Source: Azolla caroliniana | Lineage: Eukaryota > Plantae > Polypodiophyta | DNA length: 64,000 nucleotides | Direction: 5' to 3' | NCBI GenBank assembly: GCA_043228905.1 | Contig: JBHGNT010000022.1 | Coordinates: 7,192,001-7,256,000, forward strand | Part shown: piece by piece, positions 34,801-48,064 of the stretch | How positions within the stretch are numbered: the first letter of the stretch is position 1 | How the letters are laid out: each line of letters starts with the position of its first letter | Made by a program: the position numbers and the translations under genes | Notes under the pieces: generated by a model | Database searches by the model: none | Told to the model about the DNA's origin: nothing | What the model saw: the letters and a program-made list of their open reading frames with translations, nothing else

Positions 34801-36521
34801 TGGACAAATTTGCGGAAGCATTTGCCGGTCGCGCAATATACTCCATCGGAGACCTATACTCCGGATATGACCAATTCCAACTAGCCGTGGAGAGTCGAGA
34901 CATCAGTACCATGCGGACACCGATAGGATTAGTCCGGATGTGTACACTACCACAAGGCGCGACGAACTCAGTCGCACATATGATGAATGCAATGAACAAG
35001 GTGCTCCGGGATTGCATACCAAAGATAACGATGCCGTTCCTCGATGACATTCCGATGAAAGGGTGTGCGGTGGAAGAAAAGGATGAACGGGAATGCTGAA
35101 GGTTCGTAGTCAACCATATCCGTGATTGTGAGAAAGTGTTACGGAAGTTAGAAGATGTGCATTTAACACTTTCCGGAGAGAAATCGGCATTCGGGCAAGA
35201 AGAAATATTGGTAGTCGGACATCTATGTGGGCCCTACGGCCGAAGACCATCACCAACCAAGATCGATGCGATTCAAGCTATGAAAGAAGTATGCGAGTCA
35301 CAATCCGAAGTTCAAAGGTTTTTTGGAGCATGTGCATTCTACCACATATGGATTCTGCATTATGCACATATAGCGGGCCCACTCTATCACTTGTTGCGGA
35401 AGGGTAAGAAGTTTGAATGGAAACCGGAGCATATCAAAGCCGTGAAGAAGCTCAAAAAATCACTACGGAGGGCAGAAGCACTAAAGAAGCCGAACTATGA
35501 GCAACCGATCATAGTAACAGTTGAAACAAGTCCAACCGGGATCAGACAAAAGAAGTACTTGGTGTTAGCTCGGGAAGATCTTACAAACCAAGTAGAAGGT
35601 CGGGCGCTACGGAGGAAAACGTGTTCTACAGTATGCCAATTCCTTTTGGAAGAAGTGTTTTGCAGGTATGGGTGCGTAGGACAAGTGATTGCGGATCAGG
35701 GAGAACTTGACTCTGATAAAGCTAGGGGATTCTTCGCTAAACATGGAGTTCGGTTAACACTAACAACGACATACAATCCGGAAGCCAATGGGAAGGTCGA
35801 GCGAGGACATAGTCTGATCGTCAAAGCACTTGGCAAAGCATGCAACGGAAGGGTGAAGGATTGGACGCAGATGCTTCCGTATGCACTATGGGCGGATCAG
35901 ACAACGCATAGCTCCGAAACCGGTTATATGCCGATAGAACATATGACCGGACAAGCACCGGTAATGCCGACGGAAACCGCAATTGCGACATGAACAATGC
36001 TACCATGGAAGGAGGAGATGAGTCGGGAAGAACTACTAGTGGTCCGGATACTTCAACTGGAGGGAAGACCGGAAGACATAGCGGAAGCAATACGCCAACA
36101 ACAAGAAGCGCGATTCCGGAATAAAAGCCGGTTCGACACAAAGCACCGACTATGACCGCGGAACATTGAAGAAGGAGATTGGGTGATTGTTTACGACAGT
36201 AGTTTGGATCATCAACATACAACGATGCGGAAGTTCACGAAAAGGTGGTTCGGACCATACGAGGTTCGGAAAGTTTTCGACAACGAAACTTACCGACTAT
36301 GCGAGTTAGATGGAACAATGCTACGAGTTCCTATAGCCGGGAAACGGGTGAAGATTTTCAAGAAGCAGACTGATGAAGAACCCTATGTGAACCTAGACAA
36401 GACCGACCAGAAGGAGCAATTAGACGAAGATCGCGGTGATGCGGAAAGCGAAGAAAGTGGATTAGAACTCATCGTCGACTTAAGGGGAGAATCGGAGGAA
36501 GCTTCGGATGAAGGTGAATAG
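31861..36521 (+). pseudogene. Disrupted gag-PR and RT-integrase ORFs of the Phygy-like element
   Basis: Track fragments 31840..36521, CIWCDSTEHDWRDC knuckle, several stops and frameshifts, most of RNase H deleted. Confidence 0.9.
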
Positions 36522-39500
36522 AAAGCATCGGGGACTTCGGCACATACCGGAGATTGTGCGGGTTCGGAGGGGGCGAGTGTCGTAGTGTAATTCGTACACT
36601 ACGTGAAAAATTACATTTTTGGTCTCTCCGGATAGGACATGGAGTACCCGGTGAGAACCGGAAGAAGGAACCGGTAAGGACCGAAACTGGCAAGGAGACC
36701 CCGCAAGAGCCGGATGAAGAAGGCCGGTGAGAGTCGGTGAGAAACGGACGAAGAGATTGGTAAGGAGGTCCCGGTAAGAACCGGACAAAGAAAACTATCA
36801 AGCACCGGATGAAGCAGAACTGGAAAGAGCTGGATGAAGAAGGCCGGTGAGAGTCTCTCACCGCATGAAGAGACGTATTTGTAAATAGAAGAAAGTATAA
36901 AAATATATATATTACATGCATAGGGCAAGATTCGAACCTTGCACCTCCATGTTAATAATGTTAAGCCTTATCATTATAGTAGGGTATCATGAATTTTAAA
37001 GTTATACTAAACATTATTCCATGTAAAATTTCTAGACATGCATGGTACAAAAGTTATTCATGCATAGACACTCGAGTTAAAAAGAAAAGATGAGATAGAA
37101 AGCTAATCATGCGCATGCAGTGTGCATGAAAACTAAAGATAGAAAAAGCATGATCCTTGCATGTGATAAACTTAGACTCTTCCAACACTATATAAGGAAG
37201 AGAGAAAGATTAATACAAGATAATCGTGGGATTCACGAATTTGCTAACTATTCTTTCTCTCTTAATTTGATTACTCACTAATACACTATACTCATGGGAT
37301 TCACGAGTTTTTCATATCTTTCTTTCTTACAATATATTTCATATTCTTAATTGCCTTAGAATTTTCATTCCTCCTAGTCCAAAACCCCAGCGGTTCCCAC
37401 CCGACTCACGCAACGATCCGGAGCCGTAAGGCATGACAACGCCAAAGCCGAAAAGTGCATCTTAGTCGGCTATCCAAACGAGCAGAAGGGGTATAAATGT
37501 TATAACCCTCGAACAAAGGAAGTACTCGTAAGACGAGATGTCGTGTTTGACGAATCCGCTTCGTGGTACCTGCCTTCACCTCCAATACGTCACAACTCCA
37601 TTCTGAATTCAGAGTAAGAAGTCAGCGAGGCTGAGATGCCTCTACATGATGAGGAAATCGGAGCTCTGAGAGAGAGTCCGATCTCATTTTGGCTAAGTGC
37701 GCCGAATGAAGGGTTAATGACCAACCTATTGAAGAGACGGCGAGTAGTGGAGACTCGGCCGTGATGTCCCTGCGTACAGAATTGAGGAGACGGTTTACGC
37801 GTAAAGAGAAGGGCAAGAAGAAAATGCCGGAATATGACTTCGGCAGTGCCGAGTCAGATCGGAGCAAGCCTGACTACGGGCAAACTGCTAAGGAACCTTC
37901 ACGGAAGAGGTCGACAGTAGCCGAAGAGATTGTGAAATTGGGTAATCATGAATTACTCCGATCTACCCGCCTCAAGAACCCTGTAAAGAGATACGGGTAT
38001 AAGGAGTACATGGCGCACCATTACGCGTACATGACGCGAGTGGCGGAAGTGCGTGAGTTGGAGAGCTATGTAGAAGCGGCGAAAGACGCCAATTGGCATG
38101 CCGCAATGGAGGAAGAGATGCATGCTTTGACTAATAATGAGACTTGGGACCTAGTTGACGCACTGAAGGGTGTAAAGCTGATCGGATGTAGGTGGGTGTA
38201 TAAAGTGAAATACAATACCGACGGTTCAGTCAATCGATACAAGGCCCGCTTAGTGGTGAAAGGCTACATGCAAAAGCATGGCGTGGACTACGATGAGACC
38301 TTCTCACCTGTCGCGAAGATGACTACCGTGCGTGTTCTACTAGCCGTAGCTGCGGCAAAGAGGTGGCACTTACATTAGATGGATGTAAAGAATGCGTTCC
38401 TGCAGGGCAATATTGAGGAACTGGTGTACATGGTATAGCCCCCCAGATTTCTATCCGAACAAAACACGTCGGCATTTTGCCGATTGAAGAAGTCACTCTA
38501 CGGACTTAAACAAGCCCCGTGAACTTGGAATGCGAAGATTACACAATAGTTGCGTAGGATGGGGTTTACGACGTCGAAATCAGACTCTTCACTATTTGTT
38601 CGATAAGGTCAATATGGACCGGTAATTCTTCTACTTTATGTTGATGATTTAGTCATCGCCGGTGCCGACCTGAACGAAATCCACTGTGTAAAGTCTCAAC
38701 TTGCAGCATCATTAGACATGAAGGATCTTGGAGACCTTCATTACTTCCTCGGGATCGAAGTGATCCGTACCCCCGAGGGCATATTAATCAGCCAATGTCA
38801 TTACGCACTGAATATGCGCTTCAAGTTTGGGATGACAAATTGTAAGCCCATCTCGACCCCTCTGGATAGAAACGTAAAGCTTCACCGAGATTTGGGAAAG
38901 GCGTGGGACCCGACCTAGTTCCGACAAATTGTCAGACGCCTCATCTATTTGACAATTACTTGGCCTGATCTTAGCTACCGGGTCGGCTTAATTAGTCAAT
39001 TTATGTCGTAGCCTATGGCCGAACACTTTTAGTGTGCACAAAGGATATTGCGATATGTTAGTGGCATGAAAGACATGGCGTTGCTGTATCAGGCAGGCGT
39101 AGCCGAACAGTTGGTCGGCTACACGGATGCCGATTGGGCTGGAAACGCTAGTGATCGTAGATCCACATCTGGATACGCCTTCTCATTAGGAAGTGCAGCG
39201 CTCGTGTGGAGCAGCAAGAAGTAGTCGACAGTGGCACTGTCGACCACGGAGGCCAAATATTGAGGGGCGACTGTAGGTACGTGCGAAGTCATTTGGCTGA
39301 AACGACTATTACGGGATTTGTATGTAGAGGTGTCTGATCCAATGACGATCTATTGTGACAACCTCAGCAGTATCCACCTTGCGAAAAACCATGTATTGCA
39401 CACCCGGATGAAGCACATTGTGTCAGGGCCGTAGCCAATGACAAATTTAACATGAAGAAAAGAATGAGAAATAGAAAATAAGAGAGGAATGAGAGAGAAA

Positions 39501-39815
39501 TAAGATATTGAAAATGTATTAGCAATGAGAACAAGGGTTACAAGAGTACGCCGAAGATTGGTGTTGAACCGGAATGGTTCATCAATAGTTCGCTATATGT
39601 TTATATAGCATGCTTTGGATACATGCATGCTCACCACCTCATAGGCACGCATGCTCGCCATTTTTCATTCATGCAAGCATGCCACTTGGCATTCATTCAA
39701 GTATGACACTTGGTAATCATGCGTTAGCCTATGCGGTGGCAACGTTTCACACTATTAGATATATTTCTTCATAATCTAATATAAGAATTTACAATTTAAT
39801 AAATGTAATATGATG

Positions 39816-39870
39816 TATCCTAGTGGTTGAAGTTACACATTATCTTTGACGAGGGCATAGGTTCGAATCC
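39816..39870 (+). promoter_or_regulatory. tRNA-like A-box/B-box module in chromovirus LTR U3 (antisense; second copy at 45105-45159)
   Basis: TATCCTAGTGG(TTGA) and perfect GGTTCGAATCC, 44 nt apart. Confidence 0.75.
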
Positions 39871-39991
39871 TTAGTACAAGTCTTGGAGTTTTGGTATATG
39901 TTCATGACATTATCCCCTTCCTTTGACGACGAGTTCCACGAGTCACAATGCATGAACTAGGAGTTGGCTTATTTGGATATCGTTGATGAAA

Positions 39992-42900
39992 TTAAGCTAC
40001 TAGCTCTTTGGTATTATTCAGATTTTCAGCTGGCTCCCACGTTCGATCCGCAGGTGTATAACCCAGCCAATCAACAAAGTAATACAATTTGTTCTTCACA
40101 ACTTTGGAGTCCAAAATGGATTTTACTTCATATTCAGGGCCTTCATCAAGCTCAATAGAAGGTGGAGGGGGAACAATGCGATCTGGAATAGAGTTTGAAG
40201 TATAAGGTTCCAAGAGCGAGACATGGAACATTGGGTGAGGAGGGAGATCGAGTTGAAAAGCAACTCCATTGATCTGTTTAGTGATTAAATATGGACCAAG
40301 GCGTTGATAATCTAGCTTGTTACATGGCCTAGTGGTCTTCACATTACGTCGTAAGAACCATACACGGTCTCCAACTTGAAATTTGGGTTTTTCCGATGAT
40401 GAGTTGAGTTGATGGCGATCTGCAAATTTCTTATGGGTGGCTTGAGCGTGATGTAAATGATGAGAAAGAGCAATATGAATTTCTCGGATATGACGTAGGA
40501 GATTCTCCACAGCGGGGTTTTTCGAGATTCTTGGGTGGTCAAGAATTGTCCAATGGGGATGAACACCCGTGTTGGCAAAGAAGGGAGTAATTTTGGTAGA
40601 AGAATGAACTGGATTGTTGTAAGAAAACTCGGCAAAATGTAAATAATCTACCCAATCATCTTGTTGATAATTGATGTAGCAATGAAGGTAATGTTCCACG
40701 GTTTGATTGGTACGCTAAGTTTGACCATCAATCTCTGGGTGATAGCTTGACGAGAGTTTACAATCAGTTTGGAGGAGCCCAAACAAGTGTTTCCAAAATG
40801 TTGAGATAAATTGTGGTCCTCGATCACTAATGATGTCATCACGAAGACCATGATGCCGAAACACTTCACGCATAACCAAATCTGCTGTCTCTTAACTATT
40901 AATAGTCTTTGTGCATGGTAGAAAATGTGCCATCTTTGTGAACTGATCTACAATAGTCAGGATGGAATCAAAACCTTTGGAAGATGGAAGATCAGTAATG
41001 AAATCCATAGATATAGACTTCCAAGGACCATCAGGAACTGGTGAGGGTTGGAGTAAACCATATGGTCGATGTCGAGGACACTTGGACCGACAACATGCAT
41101 CACAACTACGAATGTAGTTTTCAACATAATTACGAAGATGCGGCCACCAATAATTTCTAGAAACTAATTCCAATGTTTTGTGAACTCCAAAATGTCCAGC
41201 CATTGGCATGTCGTGGCAATGTTGTAAAATAAGGAGTCGAGAGCGGCCATCAGGGACATAAAGCAAATTATTTCAAAAATGTAAATTATCATGCCAACTG
41301 AACTGATTATAATCTTTACGAGAATTCATCGACCTTGAACAAGAAGCACGATATGGAATAATATGATTCAAGACATCTTGGGAAAATTCATCTGCTTCAA
41401 GATCAACACGAATCGTACTTATAAGTATCGAGTCCGTAGGTGTCTTAAAAGCATTAGTGACCATCACTTGTAAACGATCAGGACCAAGGAGGATCTGCTT
41501 TTGATGATCAAAAGTAGGTTCCCCTAAACAGGGGGCCATGTACAAACGCCGAGATAGCGTATCTACCTTTCCCTGGTGTATTGTGGGGCGATACACAATC
41601 AAGAAATCAAAGCGTGTAAGAACTTGTGCCCAACGTGCCTGTCGACGATTTAAGACTCGAGCATTCTGGAAATACGTTAGGTTCTTGTGATCATTAAAGA
41701 CAATGATTTGATGGGGAGAACCTTCCAAGAAGTGGCGCCAATGCTCAAAAGAGTCGACAATAGCCAAAAGCTCCTTGTCGTGAATCTCATAATTAATTTC
41801 CGCAGCTTCAAATTTTCGCAAATGAAAAGCAACTGGATATAATAGCCCATTTTCTTTGGGTTGTGACAGAACACTCCCGAGTGCAAAATCTGATGCATCA
41901 GCTTCCAAAATAAAAGGCTTGTCTTGGTCAACATGGATCAAAATAGGAGCTGATGTGAATGCATGTTTTAGGCTTTCGAATGCCTCAGCAACACTAGAAT
42001 TCCATATGAATGGTTGGTTTTTATGTGTTAATTGTGTAAGAGGCAACACCTTCTTTGAGTAGTTCCTGATGAATTTGCGATAAAAATTCGCAAATCCCAA
42101 GAAACACTGGACATCACGCACAGATTGTGGTGTTTCCCACTCTAGAATTGTTTGCACCTTTGTTGGATCCATAGATATTCCTTCTGGTGATACTATGTAT
42201 CCTAGGAATTCCACTTGGTTGCGATCAAAACTACATTTCTCGACTATAGCATAGAGAACATATTCTTGTAATCGTTGTAGAACTTGGCGTACATGCTCAT
42301 CATGCTCTTCTTGAGTCTTGGAAAATATCAAGATATCATCCAAATAAATGATGGTGAATATATCCAAGAAGTCTCGGAAAATATCATTGGCCATATGCTG
42401 AAAAACCGTTGGAGCATTTGTAAGACCGAATGGCATAACTGTATACTCAAAATGCCCATATCGAGTGCGAAATGCAGTTTTCCATTCATCACCCAGACGA
42501 ATTCGAACTAGATTATAAACACCTCTAAGATCGATCTTTGGAAAGTATTTGGCTCCACACAACCGCTCCAAAAGTGTTGGTATTAAAGGCAAGGCATACC
42601 TGTTTCGAATTGTGATTTTGTTTAATCCTCGATAATCTATGACCAAACGAAGTGATCCATCTTTCTTCTTGACAAAAAATATTGGTGTGCCAGCAAGAGA
42701 TTTGGAATGACGAATAAATCCAGTAGCTAAATTTTCATCGATATAGTCACGAAGAACCTTGAGCTCTGCAGGTGATAAACTATAAATGGGTCCCCACGGT
42801 GGATCTTTTCCTGGCTGAAGATCAATAGGACAATCATAAGGTCGATGTTCTGGGAGTGTATCAGCTTTGTCCTTATTGAAGACATCTTGGAATTCTTGAT

Positions 42901-44630
42901 ACTTGGTTGGAAGAAAGGTACTCGACTATTGTTGAGTTGGTGTTGGCATTGTTATTATCGCAAATATAAACATTTCTTCTTTGTCTCCCTCTTTGCGTAA
43001 GTTTTCTTGGCATTCTAAATTTGGGTTATAAGTAATAGGGAAATCTGATATATGGTTTTTCTTGGATTCTAGGATAACTCGATTTCTCCAGTCAATCTGG
43101 GGTTGTGAAGCTCAAACCAAGGTAGACCAAGGACAATCGGATGCTCCGGACTATGTATGATATTGAATGAGATGACACAAGCTAAATCACCAAGAACTAC
43201 ACGACCTGATTCAGACTCTTCAGTTATATTTCCAGAGGCAATGGGTCGACCATCTATTACTGTGACTAATACTGGATAATGCAATGGTTTTAATAAGATA
43301 TTATGTGTCAAGGAAAAATTCCGGTCCATGAAACAAGAGTTGGCTCCAGAATCTAAGAGAGCATATGCGAAGACCTGATGACATCTAGAGGTACTAAGCT
43401 CGACATGTGCGACAAAAACCCTATTAACTTGGTTCGATAAATTGGAACCATTACTATGGACTTACTCTACAAATTCTAGGTTATCCAACCAAATGGCTCC
43501 TATTTTGGCTAGATTTACTCGTTGAACACCTCATGTAGTTGGCTAAGTACTTCAAAACTATTTGAAGGTGTAAGGCTATTAGGATTGCTAGATGTATTTG
43601 GAGAATCAAGATCCAATTTAGTACTAGCACTTACTTGGTAAACTTGACGCCTAGGTCGATGGGGACAACTTATCGCTATATGTCCTAGACGACCACAATA
43701 TAAACATAGGCGGTTTGCCCGACGTCTCTACTTTTCAGCTTCTGTTAAAGGTCCTCGACGACATGTAGAATCAATTTCCATTGGAGTAGGACCACTTATT
43801 GGGCTAGATATAGGAACATGCATAGTTCCAGATGTAGGTAGTAATGTTACTGATGCATATGTCTGCTCTGATCGAGGTCGAGACCATTGTTGACGCTCAG
43901 AGCGTCGCTCGAATAATCAATTGTCACATCGTACAGCTCAACTAATCGCCTCAGTAAGAGATTTTGGATCTTCATGAAAAGTGAGAAGCAAGTCTTTCAC
44001 ATCATTACGAAGTCCGTGACGAAATTGGTCCATCAATGCCTCTTCGTCCCAAGGAAAGTCACATGCAAGAAGGCGAAAATCAGCCGCATAGGCTGAGGCT
44101 GGGCAATCCCCTTGTCGCAACCTTCGAATCTTATTAATAGTTGTTCTCATGCTATTGGTATCTCCCAAAAAAGCTTGGAACTCTTTAATAAACTCATCAA
44201 AATTATCCAAAATAGGGCACTTTTTCTCAAGTAACGGCGCAAACCAAGCCAATGTTGTACCAGTTAATAGAGTTCCGACCAACCCTACTCGTGCTGAATC
44301 TGTTGGATATAGAGTGGGATGCATTTGAAATACTAGACGTACTTGATTTAGAAATCCTCGAAATTGTGATCGAGTACCATCAAACTTTGACGGGAGACTT
44401 ATCTTGGGTTCTTTTGTCGAATTTGGTGCTTGTAATGCTTGTTGTCGCAATGTTATTAATGCCGCTTCAAGTTGGTGAACCCTTTGAGTTAATTCCTCTT
44501 GTTGTTGAGCTTTCTCGACATTCACTTGTTGCAGCCTTTGATTCTCTTGCTCCAAAGCCATGAACTTGGTGTTCAAGCGTTCATGTTCACCTAGAACGCG
44601 CATATATTCTTGTTTAGTTACTGCTGCCAT
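39992..44630 (-). pseudogene. Disrupted chromovirus gag and pol (PR-RT-RNase H-IN-chromodomain)
   Basis: Track ORFs 43938..44675, 43069..43329, 41273..42646, 40892..41266 and 39992..40699 in Gypsy domain order. Confidence 0.93.
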
Positions 44631-44697
44631 GGTTATGAGAAGATAGGATGAGAGCTTCCTTGGAAAAGAAAACAATTACAATGAAGAAGGTTAGGAA

Positions 44698-44708
44698 TTC
44701 TGGTTCAA
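44698..44708 (-). promoter_or_regulatory. Non-tRNA (self-priming) PBS TTGAACCAGAA
   Basis: No TGG start; 10/11 complementary to TTCCGGTTCAA at 44864-44854, about 33 nt downstream of the LTR TATA box. Confidence 0.75.
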
Positions 44709-45437
44709 ACTGTCAGGGCCGTAGCCAAAGGCAAGTTTAACATGAAGAAAAGAATGAGAAATAGAAAATAAGAGAGGAATGAGAGAGAAATAAGATATTG
44801 AAAATGTATTAGCAATAAGAACAAGGGTTACAAGAGTACGCCGAAGCCTGGCGTTGAACCGGAATGGTTCATCAATAGTTCGGTATATGTTTATATAGCA
44901 TGCTTTGGATACATGCATGCTCGCCACCTCATAGGCACGCATGCTCGCCATTTGTCATTCATGCAAGCATGCCACTTGGCATTCATGCAAGCATGACACT
45001 TGGTAATCATGCGTAGCCTATGCAGTGGCAACGTTTCACACTATTAGATATATTTCTTCATGATCTAATATAAGAATTTACAATTTAATACATGTAATAT
45101 GATGTATCTTAGTGGTTAAAGCTACACATTATCTTTGACAAGGTCATGGGTTCGAATCCTTATTACAAGTCTTGGAGTTTTGGTATATGTTCATGACACA
45201 TTGAGGTGCACTACCATTTTGTCCGCGAGCGGGTCCTTTCAGGTGAAGTCGAACTAGTGTATGTTCCGACGGATCGGCAGGTTGCCGACATCTTCACCAA
45301 GCCTCTTGGTCTCGACAAGTTACGGTGTCGTAGTGTATTCCACACACTACGTGAAAACCATAAAATAATATATCCGATTTTAGATACATATAAATAAATA
45401 AATAATATATCAAAATATTTATCACGTGCATAGGGCA

Positions 45438-45491
45438 GGATTTGAACCCTACACCTCCACGTAGATAAACCTCAACTTTACCATTGTAATA
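45438..45491 (-). promoter_or_regulatory. tRNA-like A-box/B-box module in 5' LTR U3 (second copy at 51766-51819)
   Basis: TATTACAATGG(TAAAG) and GGTTCAAATCC, 43 nt apart. Confidence 0.7.
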
Positions 45492-46042
45492 ACTTATCTT
45501 TAGTGTTATACATATAGATTTAATACGTATCAGACCTTTATTTACACATACCTTTATTAAAAGGTAAAAATCATGTATTCTTTAGGGTGTGAATATTTTA
45601 TTTACACGTGACATTAAAAGTGACTCATGCACATCTATCGTGCATGAGCCCATGCACATTTAGTGTGCATGCACACTTTTGGTGAAAAGGCATGAAGCCA
45701 TGCTTAGCCTCTTCCATCTTTATATAAGGAGGAGAGAAATATGTATAAGGTTGTTGATTAATATACAAGGATTGATCAATCTAATATATTCGTGGGATTC
45801 ACGAATTTTGCCATCTAAATTACTCTTATAATCTAAATATTGTTTTTAAATACACTAAACTCGTGGGATTCACGAGATTGCTATCTTACTTCTCTTTCTA
45901 CTATTCATAACTAGCCTTAAGTTGTATTCCTCTTCCTCCTAGTCCAAAACCTCGGCGGTTCCCACCCGACTCACGCAACGATCCGGAGCCGAACGGCATG
46001 ACACAGTTTGTGAACCCGACGTGATAACCGGGTGGCAAGGAG

Positions 46043-48064
46043 ATGGAAAATCAACTGGAGGCTAGCAACATGATGATGATGTTCGAGCGCATGCTACAAG
46101 AACAGGCATCAATGGAGCGGCTCGTGCAACGAAACAGGCAATTCAATGGGAAAGACGTGTCGCGGTATCTTCGGGAATACAAGGCAGAGATGCTACGGTG
46201 CGGAATATCGGAAGGACTGCAAGTGACGTCCTTCAACCGGGTGGCGACCGACGGGCTTCAAGTAAGCATCCATGGGCTACGACAGCAAAATCCGACATGG
46301 GAGGCGTTTGAAGAAGAGCTAAAGAGGACGTTCGCCATCGAGGATTCCTCCAAGGCGACACGAAGGGGATTCAAAGATTGGGTGGAGACGCCGAACAAGG
46401 GATTGAAGGTCGTTGATGTGTTTTCGGCATTCGAAAGCCGGTTCGGGAGGTTGTCCGCGAGAGATCAAGCTATCCTCGTACCGGACAAGGTGATCATGTT
46501 CTTGCGAGTCGTGGACGTCCGGGACCGGAAAGATCTCGGAGTGCTCTTGGAGGACACGACCACGGAGAGTGGCCTCACCGAAACATGGGAAAGCGTGCAG
46601 GATATCGTTGCGCGATACACGAAGAGGGGGCAATGGCTTGCCAACGAGGAAAAGAGGGTTTCAGAACCGATTCCGAAACGGAGAACCGGATTGGAAGACC
46701 ATCAACTGAGGGCTCGGGAGACTACAACCGAGAAGGGGATTGATGCATCTACGATGGAGCAACTATTGAAGGAGATGGAGAATCTGAAGATCACGATGGT
46801 GAAGAAGTCGGATGACCGCCTCACAAGCTCCAAGCATACGGACCCACGGTGCATATGGTGCGATAGCGCCGAACACGATCGGAGGGATTTCGACGAGCAT
46901 AAGGAGGCGCTATGGCGGGATCTCATCTACTACGAGGGAAATCAGATTCATTCGATGGACTCTCGGAAGCCACTCCGACCGAACTTCCGGAAAGGCGGCA
47001 TGAAGAAGGTGCTCGAGGAGGAATTGGCGGCAAGAAGCAACTATGTGACAACCGCGGGAATATGTGTCGGGGAGTCATCGAGAGCAAAGACATCTTTTTG
47101 GCCGGAAGTTCTAGAAAACACCGAGAAAACCGACTCCAACGAGATCCAAACCACCGCGGAAGGCGTCCGGGAAGCTATGGGATGAGAGTGCCCTGTCGAC
47201 AAGAATAGCGTATACGCCCTGTGTCAATTGCATGACGTGTATGTGGACAAGAAACGACGACACATGGAGTGTGCCGCCGGGCCATCGAAGACACCGGAAA
47301 GCTGGAACTCCGGAGGTAAGGGAAAAGAAAAGGCGACTCCGGCATTCAAGCTCGCCTCGGACATAGAACAACAAACCGACTTGAAAAGAGTGTTCGTGGA
47401 AAGAATCTTGGATAGCCGGGTAGATTTCTCGCTTCGGGAGCTACTCGGAATAGCAAAGAAGGAATTCCATGATCTTCTCGTGGATCTCGTGAAGCAAAAA
47501 AGACAAAGTACGGAGGAAAATGCTCCAAGGGTGAATGCGAACACCATTTTAATGAACGACACCAAAGTGGAGGACGAAATTCCGAACTCCCACTATACAA
47601 GGGCACATTGGGCACGCGCGACTACGGAGACTCCGGTCTGAATCGGCAACATCAAAGAACCCGTGCTAGCATTGATTGATCACGGATTGGAGATCAACTT
47701 GATGTCCAAGGAGTTCTACCGAAAGGGGAAGTGGCCTATTAACACCAACCATGGATGGAAGATTCGGGTGGCCACCAAAGCAACGGAAGATCTATTTGCG
47801 GCTTGTCCGGATGTGACGGTGAAGATCAGGGATGTCGAGATCGACCAAAATTTCTTCGTGCAAGATGAGGGTTCACATTCCGTCATCCTCGGCCAACACT
47901 TTATCACGGCATCACGGATGAAGACGAATGTGCTCGATAGTGGTGCGGCTTTTGCGCGAATTCGGAGCCAAAACGGTGGGAAATCCGTCCAATTCCTAAC
48001 GGTGCCGGCAAATCATGAAAGGAACAAGAGGGAACTCTTGTCCCAAGTGAGAATGGATTTTTAA
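46043..48064 (+). pseudogene. Gag-protease ORF with two in-frame stops
   Basis: Same-frame track ORFs 46043..47185, 47228..47641 and 47663..48064; LIDHG, VILGQHF, ends MDF*. Confidence 0.9.

Larger units (their letters stand above)
30927..37438 (+). mobile_element. Ty3/Gypsy non-chromovirus with tRNA-Trp PBS (Phygy-like), decayed, with internal deletion
   Basis: LTRs 30927-31822 (896 bp) and 36578-37438 (861 bp, 35-bp deletion), 4-bp TSD ACTC/ACGC, PPT GGAGGGGGCGAG, gag-PR (LIDHGS)-RT (PFLDD)-IN order. The clade name is from recall. Confidence 0.95.
39421..45198 (-). mobile_element. Ty3/Gypsy chromovirus (Tcn1/Tf1-like), full length, decayed
   Basis: LTRs 39421-39909 and 44711-45198 (about 95% identical by eye), TGTCA..TGACA termini, perfect TSD CATTG, PPT AAGGAAGGGGATAA, gag, LLDSGA, YLDD, EADASD, integrase and chromodomain YEVKSILD..YFVDWLGY..TWEP. 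Confidence 0.96.
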
